A stretch of 63,511 nt of DNA, the filler included, from Octopus bimaculoides (lineage: Eukaryota), in the NCBI RefSeq assembly GCF_001194135.2. It is 6 parts of 4 records of this genome, joined end to end, with 100 filler letters (N's around TTAATTAATTAA, not from the genome) between each part and the next. Parts side by side here need not be neighbours in the genome. Positions count along the whole stretch, not along the records: positions 1 to 28,789 come from NC_068995.1; positions 28,890 to 46,590 come from NC_068987.1; 4 more parts are not named here. The stretch is one strand, 5' to 3'. Position 1 is the stretch's first letter, and each line of letters starts with the position of its first letter. The notes under the pieces are model-generated. The model was given only the letters and a program-made list of their open reading frames with translations. It did no database searches and was not told the DNA's origin. This document shows positions 24,212 to 36,420 of this stretch, piece after piece. Position numbers and translations under genes: made by a program.

Positions 24212-24800
24212 TATCATCATCATCGTTTAACGTCCGCTTTCCATGCTAGCATGGGTTGGACGATTTGACTGAGGACTGGTGAAACCGGATGGCAACACCA
24301 GGCTCCAGTCTGATTTGGCAGAGTTTCTACAGCTGGATGCCCTTCCTAACGCCAACCACTCAGAGAGTGTAGTGGGTGCTTTTACGTGTCACCCGCACGA
24401 AAACGGCCACGCTCGAAATGGTGTCTTTTATGTGCCACCCGCACAAGCCAGTCCAGGGGCACTGGCAACGATCTCGCTCGAAAATCCTACAGGAGCCAGT
24501 CAGGCGGTACTGGCAACGGCCACGCTCAAAATGGTGCATCTCATGTGCCACCCGCACAAGAACCAGTCCAGGGGCACTGGCAACGATCTTACTTGGCTTG
24601 CCGGGTCTTCTCACGCACAGCCCATTTCCAAAGGTCTCGGTCTGTAGTCATCGCCTCGGTGAGGCCCAATGTACGAAGGTCTTGCCTCACCACCTCAGCC
24701 CAGGTCTTCCTGGGCCTACCTCTTCCACGGGTTCCCTCAACTGTTAGGGTGTGGCACTTTTTCACGCAGCTATCCTCCTCCATTCTCACCACATGTCCAT
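24212..24800 (-). mobile_element. 5'-truncated young RTE-clade LINE (ORF C-terminus, 3'UTR, (GAT)n tail)
   Basis: ORF 24589-24792: VRMEEDSCVKKCHTLTVEGTRGRGRPRKTWAEVVRQDL (RTE C-terminal motif); 3'UTR with GGAAGGGCATCCAGCTGTAGAAAC; ends in ATGATGATGAT. Confidence 0.9.
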
Positions 24801-24854
24801 ATGTGTATATATGTATGTGTATATATATAATATATATCTATGTATGTATGTATG

Positions 24855-24911
<57 letters not shown>

Positions 24912-25552
24912 ACGCGCGCGCGCGCACAAATCAATTTCGCTTAATACCAGATAACTGAATAATTCTGTTAATTGCAAACTTTAAAAAAAAAATCTAAACC
25001 AAAATCTTTTTACCATTAAATACATATATGTATGTGCGTAGAGGTTTGATAAATGCTAACGCACTGAACTCTCGTCCTTTGAGTCACTCTGTTGCTTCAG
25101 CTAAATATTAGTAAAAATATATATGTATATGTGTGTGTTTGTGTAATTGCGATTTAATTGCAGATGGAAATATTGACGATTTATTTACTTTTTTTCTTGC
25201 TGTTTAAAAACAAATTTATAAAAATCATAGTCAAATATGTAAAATAAATTGAGCATTGATCTGATTGATTTGTATGTAGTAATTGCGGAATCTTCGGTTC
25301 TTGGTGAGTAACAAGGACAGAACAAACAGCAAATGGTAAGAGTTCAATTTACGAGACTGGGATGAATCTTACCATGTAAATTATTTAACGACTATTGAAT
25401 TTCAGATTGTGTCTTATTTTAATTGGGTATTAAAATTTTTCAATAAGTAAATCCTCTTGGTAGATGAAAATGCCTAAAAAAAAAAAAGATAGCATTTATG
25501 AGTCAAGCGGTAAACAGACGCCATTTTGTTTTCATTGTTAACTACACTAGAA

Positions 25553-25775
25553 GGTGGCGAGATGGTAGAATCGTTACCGCACCTGACAAAATCCTTAGCA
25601 ACATTTCTTCCAGTTTTACGCTTGAATTCAAATGTCGCCAAGGCCCTTTACCTTTCCTCCTTTCGGGGTCGATAAAATGTGTGCCAAATGAGGTCTAGGG
25701 TCGATGTAATCGACTAATCTCCTTCCATAAAGACTGTAGGCCTTGTGTCTATAGTAGAAAGGATTAACAGCATTA
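25553..25775 (+). mobile_element. SINE family A
   Basis: GGTGGCGAGATGGTAGAATCG...CTTTCGGGGTCGATAAAA...GGCCTTGTGTCTATAGTAGAAAGGATTA. Confidence 0.85.
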
Positions 25776-26616
25776 ACCCGAGGTCGACCTAATTATAATC
25801 AGCCTAATGAGCCTTGTTTTTAGTGTTGAATAATTCTAACTGTGATTAAGTTATTGTCGGAGTGGATGAATGTGGTTTATGCTTGAGTAACTAAAAAACT
25901 ATCAAGGCGAGATGAAAAACTTCATAGGGGCTCGTGAGACAAACGATTGTTATAGGAAAATATAAACTGGACTATCAGCAACTTTTTAGTAAATTTTGTG
26001 AACACAAAACGTAGTGTAATTAATAAAAAAAAGTTTTATTCGTGCTGCAATATGTCATCCTCTATGCGTGAAATGCAACCACAATAATTCGCTACTAACA
26101 GTATATTGAAATCAGGCAATGAAAATCTTTACTTGCGCAAGAATTATAACCACAGAGGCTAAAGTTAAACAAAATCAACTAATTTTCTCTCTCTCACACA
26201 CATACACGCGTTTCACTTAGCTCCTGGTACATATGTGGTAATTAATTCTGGAGGGACAATATCGCTCTTGCGCTACTTGTAACATGTAACATAGTACAAT
26301 CTGCTGCATGGTCGGGTCGTCGGCGACCAAGCTTGTTTAGTAACAGAGGTCGATTTTTGAACACCCAATGGGATCAAAAACAAGTCCCATCAAAAGACGG
26401 AAGGATTCGAGGGAATCAGCAGACAACCAATATAGTCAAGGGTAGATGCTATTCACCTGTCATAGTGAAAACACTTCATCTAGGAGAAGCAAATCTCTGA
26501 CATAAAAACCGTTTAGCGAGGACTTTGAGCCAGCTGACACTATTTTGCACAGAAAAAAAATCATGAGATTAAGATGTTATAGTTTCGTCCACGGACTACT
26601 AATAATAAAAGATTAT

Positions 26617-26985
26617 GGCGTGGCTGTGTGGTAAGAAGCTTGCTTCCCAACTACATGGTTCCGGGTTCAGTCCCACTGCGTGACACCTTGGGCAGGTGTC
26701 TTTTACTATAGCCTCGGGCCAACCTAAGCCTTGCGAGTGGATTTGGTAGACGGAAACTGAAAGAAACCCGTCATGTATGTGTGTGTGTGTATCTATCTAT
26801 CTATCTATCTATCTATCTGTGTATACATTTATGTGTGTGCCTTTGAATCTATGCTTGTCCCTCCTCCATCGCTTGACAACTGTTGTTGGTGTGTTTACGT
26901 CCTTGCAACTTAGCGGTTCGGCAAAAGACACCGCTAAAGTACTAGGCTTACAAAGAATAAGTCCTGGGGTCGACATATTTATGAT
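26617..26985 (+). mobile_element. Near full-length SINE family B (tRNA head, CORE-like body, internal microsatellite)
   Basis: A-box-like TGGCTGTGTGG, B-box-like GGGTTCAGTCCC, GACACCTTGGGCAGGTG, internal (TG)/(TCTA)n, and 3' half CTTAGCGGTTCGGCAAAAGA...AGAATAAGTCCTGGGGTCGA. Confidence 0.88.
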
Positions 26986-27544
26986 CAAACAAACTCTATT
27001 CACACAAACTTTGCATGCGAGCGCGCATGCGTGTTTGTGTACGTATGCGCGCGCATAGAATGTGTGTATAAGGAAAAAGACTGAGAAAAAGATAGGTGGA
27101 GAGGAAGCAAATCAAGGCGAGTACTCTTTGACTATCATAACTACCATTACCATAATTAGTAGCACCCCCATCACATACCCTCTTCATGCTATCCAACGAT
27201 GTGTTCACCATTTTGATGGTCGTAGTAGCAAAGACAATTTTGTAGTTGTAGTTGAGGTGTGGTAGTTGTGATGATGGCGAGAATTGTAGTGGTAGTGTTA
27301 GTGGTGCTTGGTGTAGAAGTGCTTGAAGTATTGTTGACATGACCCTTATCACGCATATCCTAACGATAAAGAAAACAACGTCCTTCCCTCTATTAGTGTT
27401 TATGACCGAAGGCATTTCCCATCCTACTTTACTGTATTTCAGGAACTGCATTGTCCAGTCTTGCGGTGTTAGTAATGTTTATGACAATGATAATGGGCCC
27501 ACTACCATTACAATTTATATCGATAACCAACATCAGTCAGTCGT

Positions 27545-28000
27545 TGGCGTGCCACTCTAGACGCTTTCGCCACTGGTCTCTGGCCTCTGCCATGCGTAGC
27601 AGGTTCGCTGTGTTGTGACCTGTCCAGTCCTTGATGTTGTGAAACCAGGATTTTCTCTGTCTGTGTTCGGATGTTCGAGTAGAGATAACCTCAGTTTTCA
27701 GCAGCAACGTCTTGAAGGATGGACGGATACACTGATTCCCACCTGACTCTCACTTTCGGCTCCGAGACCATTTTCAGCCGCACCCTGGTGGCTGCTTCTT
27801 CTGGCAGGCTAAACTTAATGATGGACTGGACTCTTGGAGAAGAGACGGGCACTGCCAAGCATTTCTAAGACCAACTGAAGTGCCATAATAGACACATAAG
27901 CAAGACTTATATCGATAAAGGACTCCCCTCACCACCACAGTTTTGCATAAAAAGACTGTAAATGCCGAAGGCTTTCCGATCAGACTGACTCGCACTCTCC
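27545..28000 (-). pseudogene. Decayed RTE-clade LINE C-terminal fragment (second subfamily)
   Basis: Minus-strand translation RQRKSWFHNIKDWTGHNTANLLRMAEARDQWRKRL, typical of the BovB/RTE-like ORF end. Confidence 0.7.
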
Positions 28001-28758
28001 ATATTCAACCAATTAGTGGCACAATGAAGATTCCTAAGAAATTCCGAAGATTCTTTATTTGAATTTCTTGGAATGAAAATATAACGAAGAATAACATAGG
28101 TACATGACAAACACGTAAACAAAGTAATCACATTTGTATACTTGAAGACATATACACCCATTACGTGATTGCAAGTATATTCACACACAAACACACAACA
28201 TATAGAATGACGTTCGCTCACATCGAGTTCACAATCCTCTGGAACTGACTTGATTTATACAAAGAAAGCCATCTCACTTCGTTTGTTGACTGGTTTGAAT
28301 TTGCGAAGAACTTAGATCTCAAAGAAAAATAAACACAAGAACACATACGCACGTATATACAGACGGATATACATCCTCGGGCATGCATAAACACGTCCTC
28401 GTACACACACAGGCGCATCTTCAGGATATACATATACCAAAAATAAACAGATAGGGCGAAGAACATTTGTAGGATAAACAAACAGACGATGAGTATAAAC
28501 TGCAATGGGCGCAGCCTCTAATATATAGCAAAAACCATTTTAGGTAGGTGTAACATTGATTAGGGTACGTTATTTTTGAAATTGATATTTAGACTAAAAT
28601 CGACACTTATGTGGCTCTATTGTCAAATATATTCCAGCCGTGACCATCCTGTCTTTTATATATCTATGACTACATTACCTAATTTAGTTTCATCAAAATT
28701 TGCTAACGCTCACTCACTCACTCTTACTCTTTCCCTCTCTCCCCTTCTCTCTTTCTCG

Positions 28759-28789
<31 letters not shown>

Positions 28790-28889
28790 NNNNNNNNNNN
28801 NNNNNNNNNNNNNNNNNNNNNNNNNNNNNNNNNTTAATTAATTAANNNNNNNNNNNNNNNNNNNNNNNNNNNNNNNNNNNNNNNNNNNN
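28790..28889. other. Assembly gap placeholder: 44 N + TTAATTAATTAA + 44 N
   Basis: The same 100-bp structure occurs at 46591-46690, 54831-54930, 58126-58225 and 62020-62119. Confidence 0.95.
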
Positions 28890-29945
28890 GGGGACTTTGC
28901 ACCATCCACAGATCTGGTCAGTGGCTCTCAGCAGGTTGTCCCGTAGAAACCTCCAGTTTTCTTCCACATTATGTGATGCTATATCCCCTTCTATTTCGTC
29001 AAAACTTCAAGTAACATGTTTCTAAATCTCTGTCCATTTGCAGGATCTTTAAGCTTCCAGTCCCTTCTCCTTCAAGGTGGTCTATTTCTGGGCATCCATT
29101 TAGCCCTGATCCCAAAGTCGCTAACTGCTAATCTGTACTGAGGGGTACATTCTTCGCCAGGGAAGGTTTTGGTATTTATAAGCAGTCCTCTTTCCGTTTT
29201 TCTTTCGAGGATGTACTCAATTTGGCTAGTGTGTCTGCTGGAACGGTAGGTGACTAGGTGACAGGCAGGTTTCCTGAAGTTGGTATTGCAAACCATAAGA
29301 TCATTTGCATCACAGAACTCGAACAGTCTGGTTCCCTCCTCATTGCGGGAACCAAAGCTATAGCCTCCATGTATGCCATGGAAGCACCCTGCATGTTTGT
29401 CCAACATGACCATTGAAATCACCAGCCACAAAGAGAAGGTCCCTGTCATTCATCAACGAGGTAGTCTGCAATAGGGTGTCATAAAATTGGTCTTTCTGCC
29501 CATCCAGTAGCTCCAGTTGAGGACTATAGGCCAAGATAACGGTAGCCAACCTATGGTGAAGCACTAATCTAATCTTAAGTACTCTGTCACATACTCTAAC
29601 TACCTCGATTACCTTATCAACCCATTTCTCCACAAGAAGTATACCCATGCCCCCAGCCCCGTCAGTGTTCCCGGCCCAGAAAATCTTGTACCTGTGTTCT
29701 TTGCCTATGAGGAACCTAGCGGAACCTCCTCTCCACGTTACTTCTTGGATGCAGCACAAATCTACACGTCTCTGTTCAAGCATCTCAAGAATCACACCAG
29801 ATATACCTTTCAGTGTGCTGACGTTGAGTGTGCCAACTCTGAGGGTGTGGGAAGTGTGGGCTTGTGAGACCCTGGGATGAGGAACAGCAGTGTCATGTAC
29901 CTGAAAAGAAGGCTTGCATTTGGCAGAATTCATAAACAAACAATA
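28890..29945 (-). pseudogene. RTE-clade LINE 5' portion, APE endonuclease domain, frameshifted
   Basis: ORFs 29358-29939 (LRVGTLNV..VDLCCIQEV.WRG..AYSPQ..VAGDFNGHVG) and 29072-29449 (GSRNEEG..VCNTNFRK..SQIEYIL..QYRLAVSDF). Confidence 0.92.
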
Positions 29946-30475
29946 GCCTACAACCTACATACATTACACCATTTTTATGCGCTAAATGATCGATAAACCC
30001 TGGGTATGGGTGGGGTTGGCATGAAGCCCTTAGAAGTGTTCGTGGGAGACAACCAAGGATGAAAGAGGATAGGAACTTCTGGTACTGGTGGAGGGGGTGG
30101 GAGGGCAGTCGTACCGCAAGCCAGCAAGTTTAGGCAAGAGCGTCTTCTGCACTTGTATACAATGGTAGACAAATTTAGAGAGAATGAATTAACGAAATGA
30201 TAAACTTGAATAAAATAAATAAAATGTGTCGATTAACGGATATGCATGAACTTAAGACAAATAAGGAAGACGAATCTATCAGGCTATGTTTACATGGTAA
30301 AGAAATAGATAGATAATAAAAAACGAATGGGTGGGAGATAGGGTTATGATCTACGCAGAAACAGGAGTACATGAACGAGGTTGAAAGGATAAGATCTTAA
30401 CTGTTCATCTTCTGAATTTCGTGTTCTATCAGCAGAGGAATTGGAAGTCGTGTATGGGAAGCAGAGCATTGAGCT

Positions 30476-30542
<67 letters not shown>

Positions 30543-30560
30543 TCCGTTGCGCGCGCGAGC

Positions 30561-30591
<31 letters not shown>

Positions 30592-30689
30592 TGCATGCAT
30601 GCACGTGTATGTCTTTGCCTCTCCTTGTCTTGACATTGTATATCATTCATTTCCAGTATTCTGCAGAAATTGTATGCACATGGGGAAAT

Positions 30690-30810
30690 ATCATCATACT
30701 TGGAAACAGGTAAGGGTTGGTTGCAGAGAGGAGATCCAGCCATAGAAAATTTGCCTCAATAAACTCTGTCCAACCCATACAAGCATGGAGAAATAAATGT
30801 TAAAGAAATG
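30690..30810 (+). repeat. RTE-type 3' tail / tail-derived SINE fragment
   Basis: GGTTGG..GATCCAGCCATAGAAAA..GTCCAACCCATACAAGCATGG matches the reverse complement of 24215-24360. Further copies at 32915-32990 (-), 40672-40910 and 41020-41300. Confidence 0.7.
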
Positions 30811-30850
30811 AAAACAAAATTGTGACATTTGTTGTTGAGTCTGTGATGTA

Positions 30851-31813
30851 TACCAGGTTGAGTCAAAAGCTTTTTCAGATCTTCACTCAGAATTTTTGGC
30901 AACTTGTATCTAATATTATATCATTAGTTTGATACAATTTGTTGTCTAGTTGTAGCTAAATTGTTTATTCGTTAGTTTCTTATAAAACATGTAAAACTTT
31001 TATTATTTATTCTTAACTTTACAGGTTTGATAATGAGTGGTGAAAAATAGCAATTAGAGCCATTTTATGCTACCTGTGTAAAAAAATACTAAGTGCAAGG
31101 GCAGCAGCAAAAGAAATTAATGATGTGAAAGGACCAGGAATTGTCAGCAATTATGTGACACCAAACTGTTGCAAATATTTCAAATAAAATTGACACCAGC
31201 CTCAAAAATAAACCAAGATTTAGGAGACTTATGTTGTGAAAAATGAGGCCTTGCTCAAAATAGTTGAACAACAACCAAGTACAAGCACTTGTATATTGTC
31301 AGCAAAACTTTGTCCTTCACAAAACACCATCAATCAACACCTCATATAATTGGCCTTGTAAACAGACATAATTGAGAAGCTCCTCATGAACTGACCAACA
31401 ACCAGGCTCAACAATGTATGAACATTTGCAAACAGCTGCTAGCAAATCCTTGAGATGTCTGTCTTTGGCGTTGAATTGTAACTGGGAATGAAAATGAATC
31501 TATATTTATAATCCTAATAAGAGGCTTCATTCTGGACTGGTTTCAGAACCTGTTATCAAACAAGGGCAGTTTGAAAAGAAGATCATGTTGTAATTTTGTT
31601 AGAATTATGAGGTAGTGTTGCACTCTGAGCTTGTCCCAGACGGTCATGCTGAGAACACTAAGCTTTATGCTCAACAGCTGCAGCAAGTGTATGATGCTTT
31701 GAAAGACAATTACCCAGCATTGATCAATCGAAGACATGCACTCCTACAGTGGTCCAGCACACACTGCCCATGTAACCAAGCACAAATGTGAGGAACCTGA
31801 AGCGCTGGAAGCA
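30851..31813 (+). pseudogene. Decayed mariner (Tc1/mariner) transposon, truncated by a gap
   Basis: TA followed by the TIR-like TACCAGGTTGAGTCAAAA. Translated motifs: PHELT..Q..CMNICKQLL; IVTGNEN (from IVTGDEKW); KKIML; YAQQLQQVYDALKDNYPALINRRHALL; HTAHVT. Many stop codons. Confidence 0.85.
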
Positions 31814-32579
31814 NNNNNNNNNNNNNNNNNNNNNNNNNNNNNNNNNNNNNNNNNNNNNNNNNNNNNNNNNNNNNNNNNNNNNNNNNNNNNNNNNNNNNNN
31901 NNNNNNNNNNNNNNNNNNNNNNNNNNNNNNNNNNNNNNNNNNNNNNNNNNNNNNNNNNNNNNNNNNNNNNNNNNNNNNNNNNNNNNNNNNNNNNNNNNNN
32001 NNNNNNNNNNNNNNNNNNNNNNNNNNNNNNNNNNNNNNNNNNNNNNNNNNNNNNNNNNNNNNNNNNNNNNNNNNNNNNNNNNNNNNNNNNNNNNNNNNNN
32101 NNNNNNNNNNNNNNNNNNNNNNNNNNNNNNNNNNNNNNNNNNNNNNNNNNNNNNNNNNNNNNNNNNNNNNNNNNNNNNNNNNNNNNNNNNNNNNNNNNNN
32201 NNNNNNNNNNNNNNNNNNNNNNNNNNNNNNNNNNNNNNNNNNNNNNNNNNNNNNNNNNNNNNNNNNNNNNNNNNNNNNNNNNNNNNNNNNNNNNNNNNNN
32301 NNNNNNNNNNNNNNNNNNNNNNNNNNNNNNNNNNNNNNNNNNNNNNNNNNNNNNNNNNNNNNNNNNNNNNNNNNNNNNNNNNNNNNNNNNNNNNNNNNNN
32401 NNNNNNNNNNNNNNNNNNNNNNNNNNNNNNNNNNNNNNNNNNNNNNNNNNNNNNNNNNNNNNNNNNNNNNNNNNNNNNNNNNNNNNNNNNNNNNNNNNNN
32501 NNNNNNNNNNNNNNNNNNNNATACATGTATATATAAATATGCATAATGTGCATTTTTTATGTTAATGTGACGTGTAAGG

Positions 32580-32790
32580 CAGCAAACTGGCAGAACTGTT
32601 AATACATCGAAAATGCTTAGCAGCATTTTGTCCAACTTTACATTCTGAGTTCAAATTCTGCTGAGTTCAACTTTCCCTTCCAACTTTTCAGAATTGATAA
32701 AATAGGTCCCAGTGAATCAGTGGGATTGATGTAATTGACTTACCCTCCCCCGAAATTGCTGGCCTTGTCCCAAATTTTAAACCTATATGA
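32580..32790 (+). mobile_element. SINE family A, CpG-decayed
   Basis: Aligns to family A, with GCGG>GCAG, TTCG>TTTG, TACG>TACA, CCGCCG>CTGCTG and TCGA>TCAA. Confidence 0.85.
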
Positions 32791-33395
32791 TGTATATGTA
32801 ATTATGTGTGTAAATGTCTATTCTTTGTGCCTCTTCGAATATTTAACTAAAGGCTTGTTTGTATGTGTTTGTAAATACTTATGTGTATGAATTTATGTAT
32901 ATATATATATATATCATCATCATCCTTATCATCATCATCATCATTTATATCTGTTTTCCATGCTGGCATGGGTTGAACAGTTTGACAGGGGCATATACAT
33001 AAATATGTGTGTATACATAAGTAAATTCTTTTGTGTGTAAATGTCTGATTGTGTATGTGTAATTGTAAATGCGTATGTATGAACAAGTCTGTGTGTGTGT
33101 GTGTGTGTGTATGTGTGTGTGCATGTTTGTGTGTGTGATAGTGTATCTCTGTGTATGCCTGTGAATGAAGAGTGTATTTGTGTGTATGTGTGTACATGTG
33201 TATGCCTGTGAATATGAGAATGTAATTGTATATGTGTATGTGTGTTTCTGTGTGTGTAAATGGGTGAGTGTCTGCATATGAATGTATGTATGTATGTATG
33301 TATGTGACTATGTGTGTTCTGGCAGTAAGTGTAGAGTACATGTGATATGTCCATTGTGTCCCATATTGTGTCAATGTGTGAAGGTTTTTGTGTAG

Positions 33396-33432
33396 TTTGT
33401 TTATGGCTGACTATTCATTCGAAGACAACTAT
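33396..33432 (+). CDS. Candidate short exon of an unidentified gene
   Basis: TTTTTGTGTAG acceptor and TAT|GTAAGC donor; open as MADYSFEDNY or CLWLTIHSKTT. Splice signals only, no homology recognised. Confidence 0.2.
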
Positions 33433-34119
33433 GTAAGCACAATAACAAGTACCAAGGTGCTGAAACCTCAACATACCTCCCTCATCCACCCCAACGCCAC
33501 AAGGAGCCAATGACAGGATCTTTACACGATTGCTCAACCTGCTAAATAAAAATAGTAGTCAAACTAGTGGTCTTAAGGAATAGCTATCACTACATCATGA
33601 GAAAGGAAAACAGCTTCTTCTTCATTATTTTGATATTCCTGTGTTTCATTCAATGGGAATTACGATCCTAAAAAAAATTTTTTTTTTCTAAAAGTTTTAA
33701 CTTTTATATTTCTGTCCTGTCAATTTCATGTCCTTTTCCCTCCTCATGACGTAGTGATAACTATTTCAAAAGTCTGTTATCATATCTCTTCAAATCACAC
33801 CTCACCACCTAAAAGGGAACATGTTTGATGATATGTCCTGGAGATCCCAGCATGAAGAGAAAAACAGGATGGTCACAGTTGTAAAGACTTTAATCATACC
33901 TTTGCTCAATCAGGGTTGACTTAGGGTTAAACAATATTAACAATAACAGCAACAATACCATCCATCTTGCCATGTCTTTTTATGCTTTTCAACTCATGAA
34001 ATATGTTTACAAGACCGGTTAGTGATTTCCTAGCAACAGGAGAACATAACAGTTCACATTATCATAAACTAACAGAGATACCTAGTGAAGCTTGAGATTA
34101 AAATGGCATAGTTTTTTTA

Positions 34120-34273
34120 TTGTTTTACTTGTTTCGGTCATGTGACTGCAGCCATCCAGTTGAAGAAATTGACCCCAGGATTTATTCTTTGTAAGCCTAG
34201 TTCTATCAGTTTGTTTTGCCAAATGGCTAAGTTACGGGGACGTAAACACAGTAACATCAGTTGTCAAGTCCCA

Positions 34274-34275
<2 letters not shown>
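34120..34275 (-). mobile_element. SINE family B 3' half, CpG-decayed
   Basis: GACCCCAGGATTTATTCTTTGTAAGCCTAG...GCTAAGTTACGGGGACGTAAACAC is the reverse complement of 26880-26975. Confidence 0.85.
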
Positions 34276-34354
<79 letters not shown>

Positions 34355-34929
34355 CCCTCTTTCATTGATATACCTCTTCCTTCTACTGGTATAACTTTCC
34401 TATTGATATAAACCCTGCCAACCCATGATATGGAGGTGGAGGGTGTTAATTCTATATAAAGGGCCATGAAAAACTTGCTATAAAGTGCAGGAAACCATGA
34501 CTTCATGAATAAAGTAGATACTTTTGATAATTCATGACCTACAAAGTTATTAGTGAAACAGTATTCTGATGAATGTCTGGAATATAGTCAATGTAATTGA
34601 GGCGTCATCATTAACAATAACATGTGTCACATCTATGTTGATAGCACTGTCATAAAATACCCCATTTATGTTGATAGTACCCAGCTCTTCCTATGTTGAT
34701 AGCACTGTCTGATTATATAGCACCCATGTTGACAGAACTGTCTGATATTCAAAACGCATACAATCACATCACTGAAATCTCAAAGCTATGAGATAATGCA
34801 TGATTAAAAAATTGAGTAAAAATTAAAAATATACTGTCATTATCAAGTTAGAGTTGGTTTTCTGGAGGAAACACGTTTGTTTGATTTCTACAATGTCAGC
34901 TTCACAGCGGACACCTTTGCCTTCTTCAT

Positions 34930-35265
34930 CATTATAATTCGAAGCCAGTATGCTCCGCTGGATGTGTAATGTAAATGTGCATACCCGTCAGAGTGTAAGT
35001 ATCTTGAGAGAAAAGCTGAACATAAGAAGCATCAGTAGTGGTGTGCAAGAGAGACGATTGCGCTGGTTTGGACATGTGGTGAGAATGAATGAGGATAGCT
35101 GGGTAAAAAAGTGCCACTCCCTAACAGTTGAGGGAACCCGTGGAAGAGGTAGGCCCAGGAAAACCTGGGCTGAGGTGGTGAGGCAAGACCTTCGAACATT
35201 GGGCCTCACCGAGGCGATGACTACTGACCGAGACCTTTGGAAATGGGCTGTGCGTGAGAAGACCC
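34930..35265 (+). mobile_element. Young RTE-clade LINE C-terminal fragment, ending at a gap
   Basis: MLRWMCNV..LREKLNIRSI..VQERRLRWFGHVVRM..RGRGRPRKTW; nearly identical to the 24589-24792 copy. Confidence 0.92.
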
Positions 35266-36264
35266 NNNNNNNNNNNNNNNNNNNNNNNNNNNNNNNNNNN
35301 NNNNNNNNNNNNNNNNNNNNNNNNNNNNNNNNNNNNNNNNNNNNNNNNNNNNNNNNNNNNNNNNNNNNNNNNNNNNNNNNNNNNNNNNNNNNNNNNNNNN
35401 NNNNNNNNNNNNNNNNNNNNNNNNNNNNNNNNNNNNNNNNNNNNNNNNNNNNNNNNNNNNNNNNNNNNNNNNNNNNNNNNNNNNNNNNNNNNNNNNNNNN
35501 NNNNNNNNNNNNNNNNNNNNNNNNNNNNNNNNNNNNNNNNNNNNNNNNNNNNNNNNNNNNNNNNNNNNNNNNNNNNNNNNNNNNNNNNNNNNNNNNNNNN
35601 NNNNNNNNNNNNNNNNNNNNNNNNNNNNNNNNNNNNNNNNNNNNNNNNNNNNNNNNNNNNNNNNNNNNNNNNNNNNNNNNNNNNNNNNNNNNNNNNNNNN
35701 NNNNNNNNNNNNNNNNNNNNNNNNNNNNNNNNNNNNNNNNNNNNNNNNNNNNNNNNNNNNNNNNNNNNNNNNNNNNNNNNNNNNNNNNNNNNNNNNNNNN
35801 NNNNNNNNNNNNNNNNNNNNNNNNNNNNNNNNNNNNNNNNNNNNNNNNNNNNNNNNNNNNNNNNNNNNNNNNNNNNNNNNNNNNNNNNNNNNNNNNNNNN
35901 NNNNNNNNNNNNNNNNNNNNNNNNNNNNNNNNNNNNNNNNNNNNNNNNNNNNNNNNNNNNNNNNNNNNNNNNNNNNNNNNNNNNNNNNNNNNNNNNNNNN
36001 NNNNNNNNNNNNNNNNNNNNNNNNNNNNNNNNNNNNNNNNNNNNNNNNNNNNNNNNNNNNNNNNNNNNNNNNNNNNNNNNNNNNNNNNNNNNNNNGGTCT
36101 TATAGTATGCCTGTATATATGTGAGAGTATAGTTTCACTTTAATAATTTCAGTATAAAATTGAAAGTATTAAAGTGAAAGTATCTGACATTACAGTAGAG
36201 TGATGTTATTGTTTCACTTTTGACACGTAATAGTGAAATAGGGGAGGAGATATGATATTGCTGT

Positions 36265-36420
36265 GGGCTCGAACTATGCAAGAAGTTAAAAATTGTTTTG
36301 GCCTAAGACACTACATGGACCCTAAGTAAGGCATGTGTTAATTTGGAATGAAATTGGTTGTGTAGTTCTGGAGTTTTAGGGATTCACACGGACACACATA
36401 CTCATCTTTATATATATGAT
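36265..36420 (+). repeat. Possible Helitron/HINE-like 3' end fragment
   Basis: GGAATGAAATTGGTTGTGTAGTTCTGGAGTTTTAGGGATTCACACGGACACACATACTCATCTTTATATATATGAT resembles the ends of rolling-circle non-autonomous elements (from memory). Confidence 0.35.

Noticed and set aside
30658-30710. Exon-like unit TTTCCAG|...AAACAG|GTAAGG, frame-compatible with the candidate chain (as is 30435-30453)
   Set aside because: The donor lies at the start of an RTE-tail-type repeat and all three frames are open, so compatibility is uninformative. Left out of the gene model, though exonisation is possible.
34374-34476. Minus-strand exon candidate (KFFMALYIELTPSTSISWVGRVYINRKVIPVEGR)
   Set aside because: No compatible neighbouring minus-strand exon found, no recognisable homology, and a weak donor.
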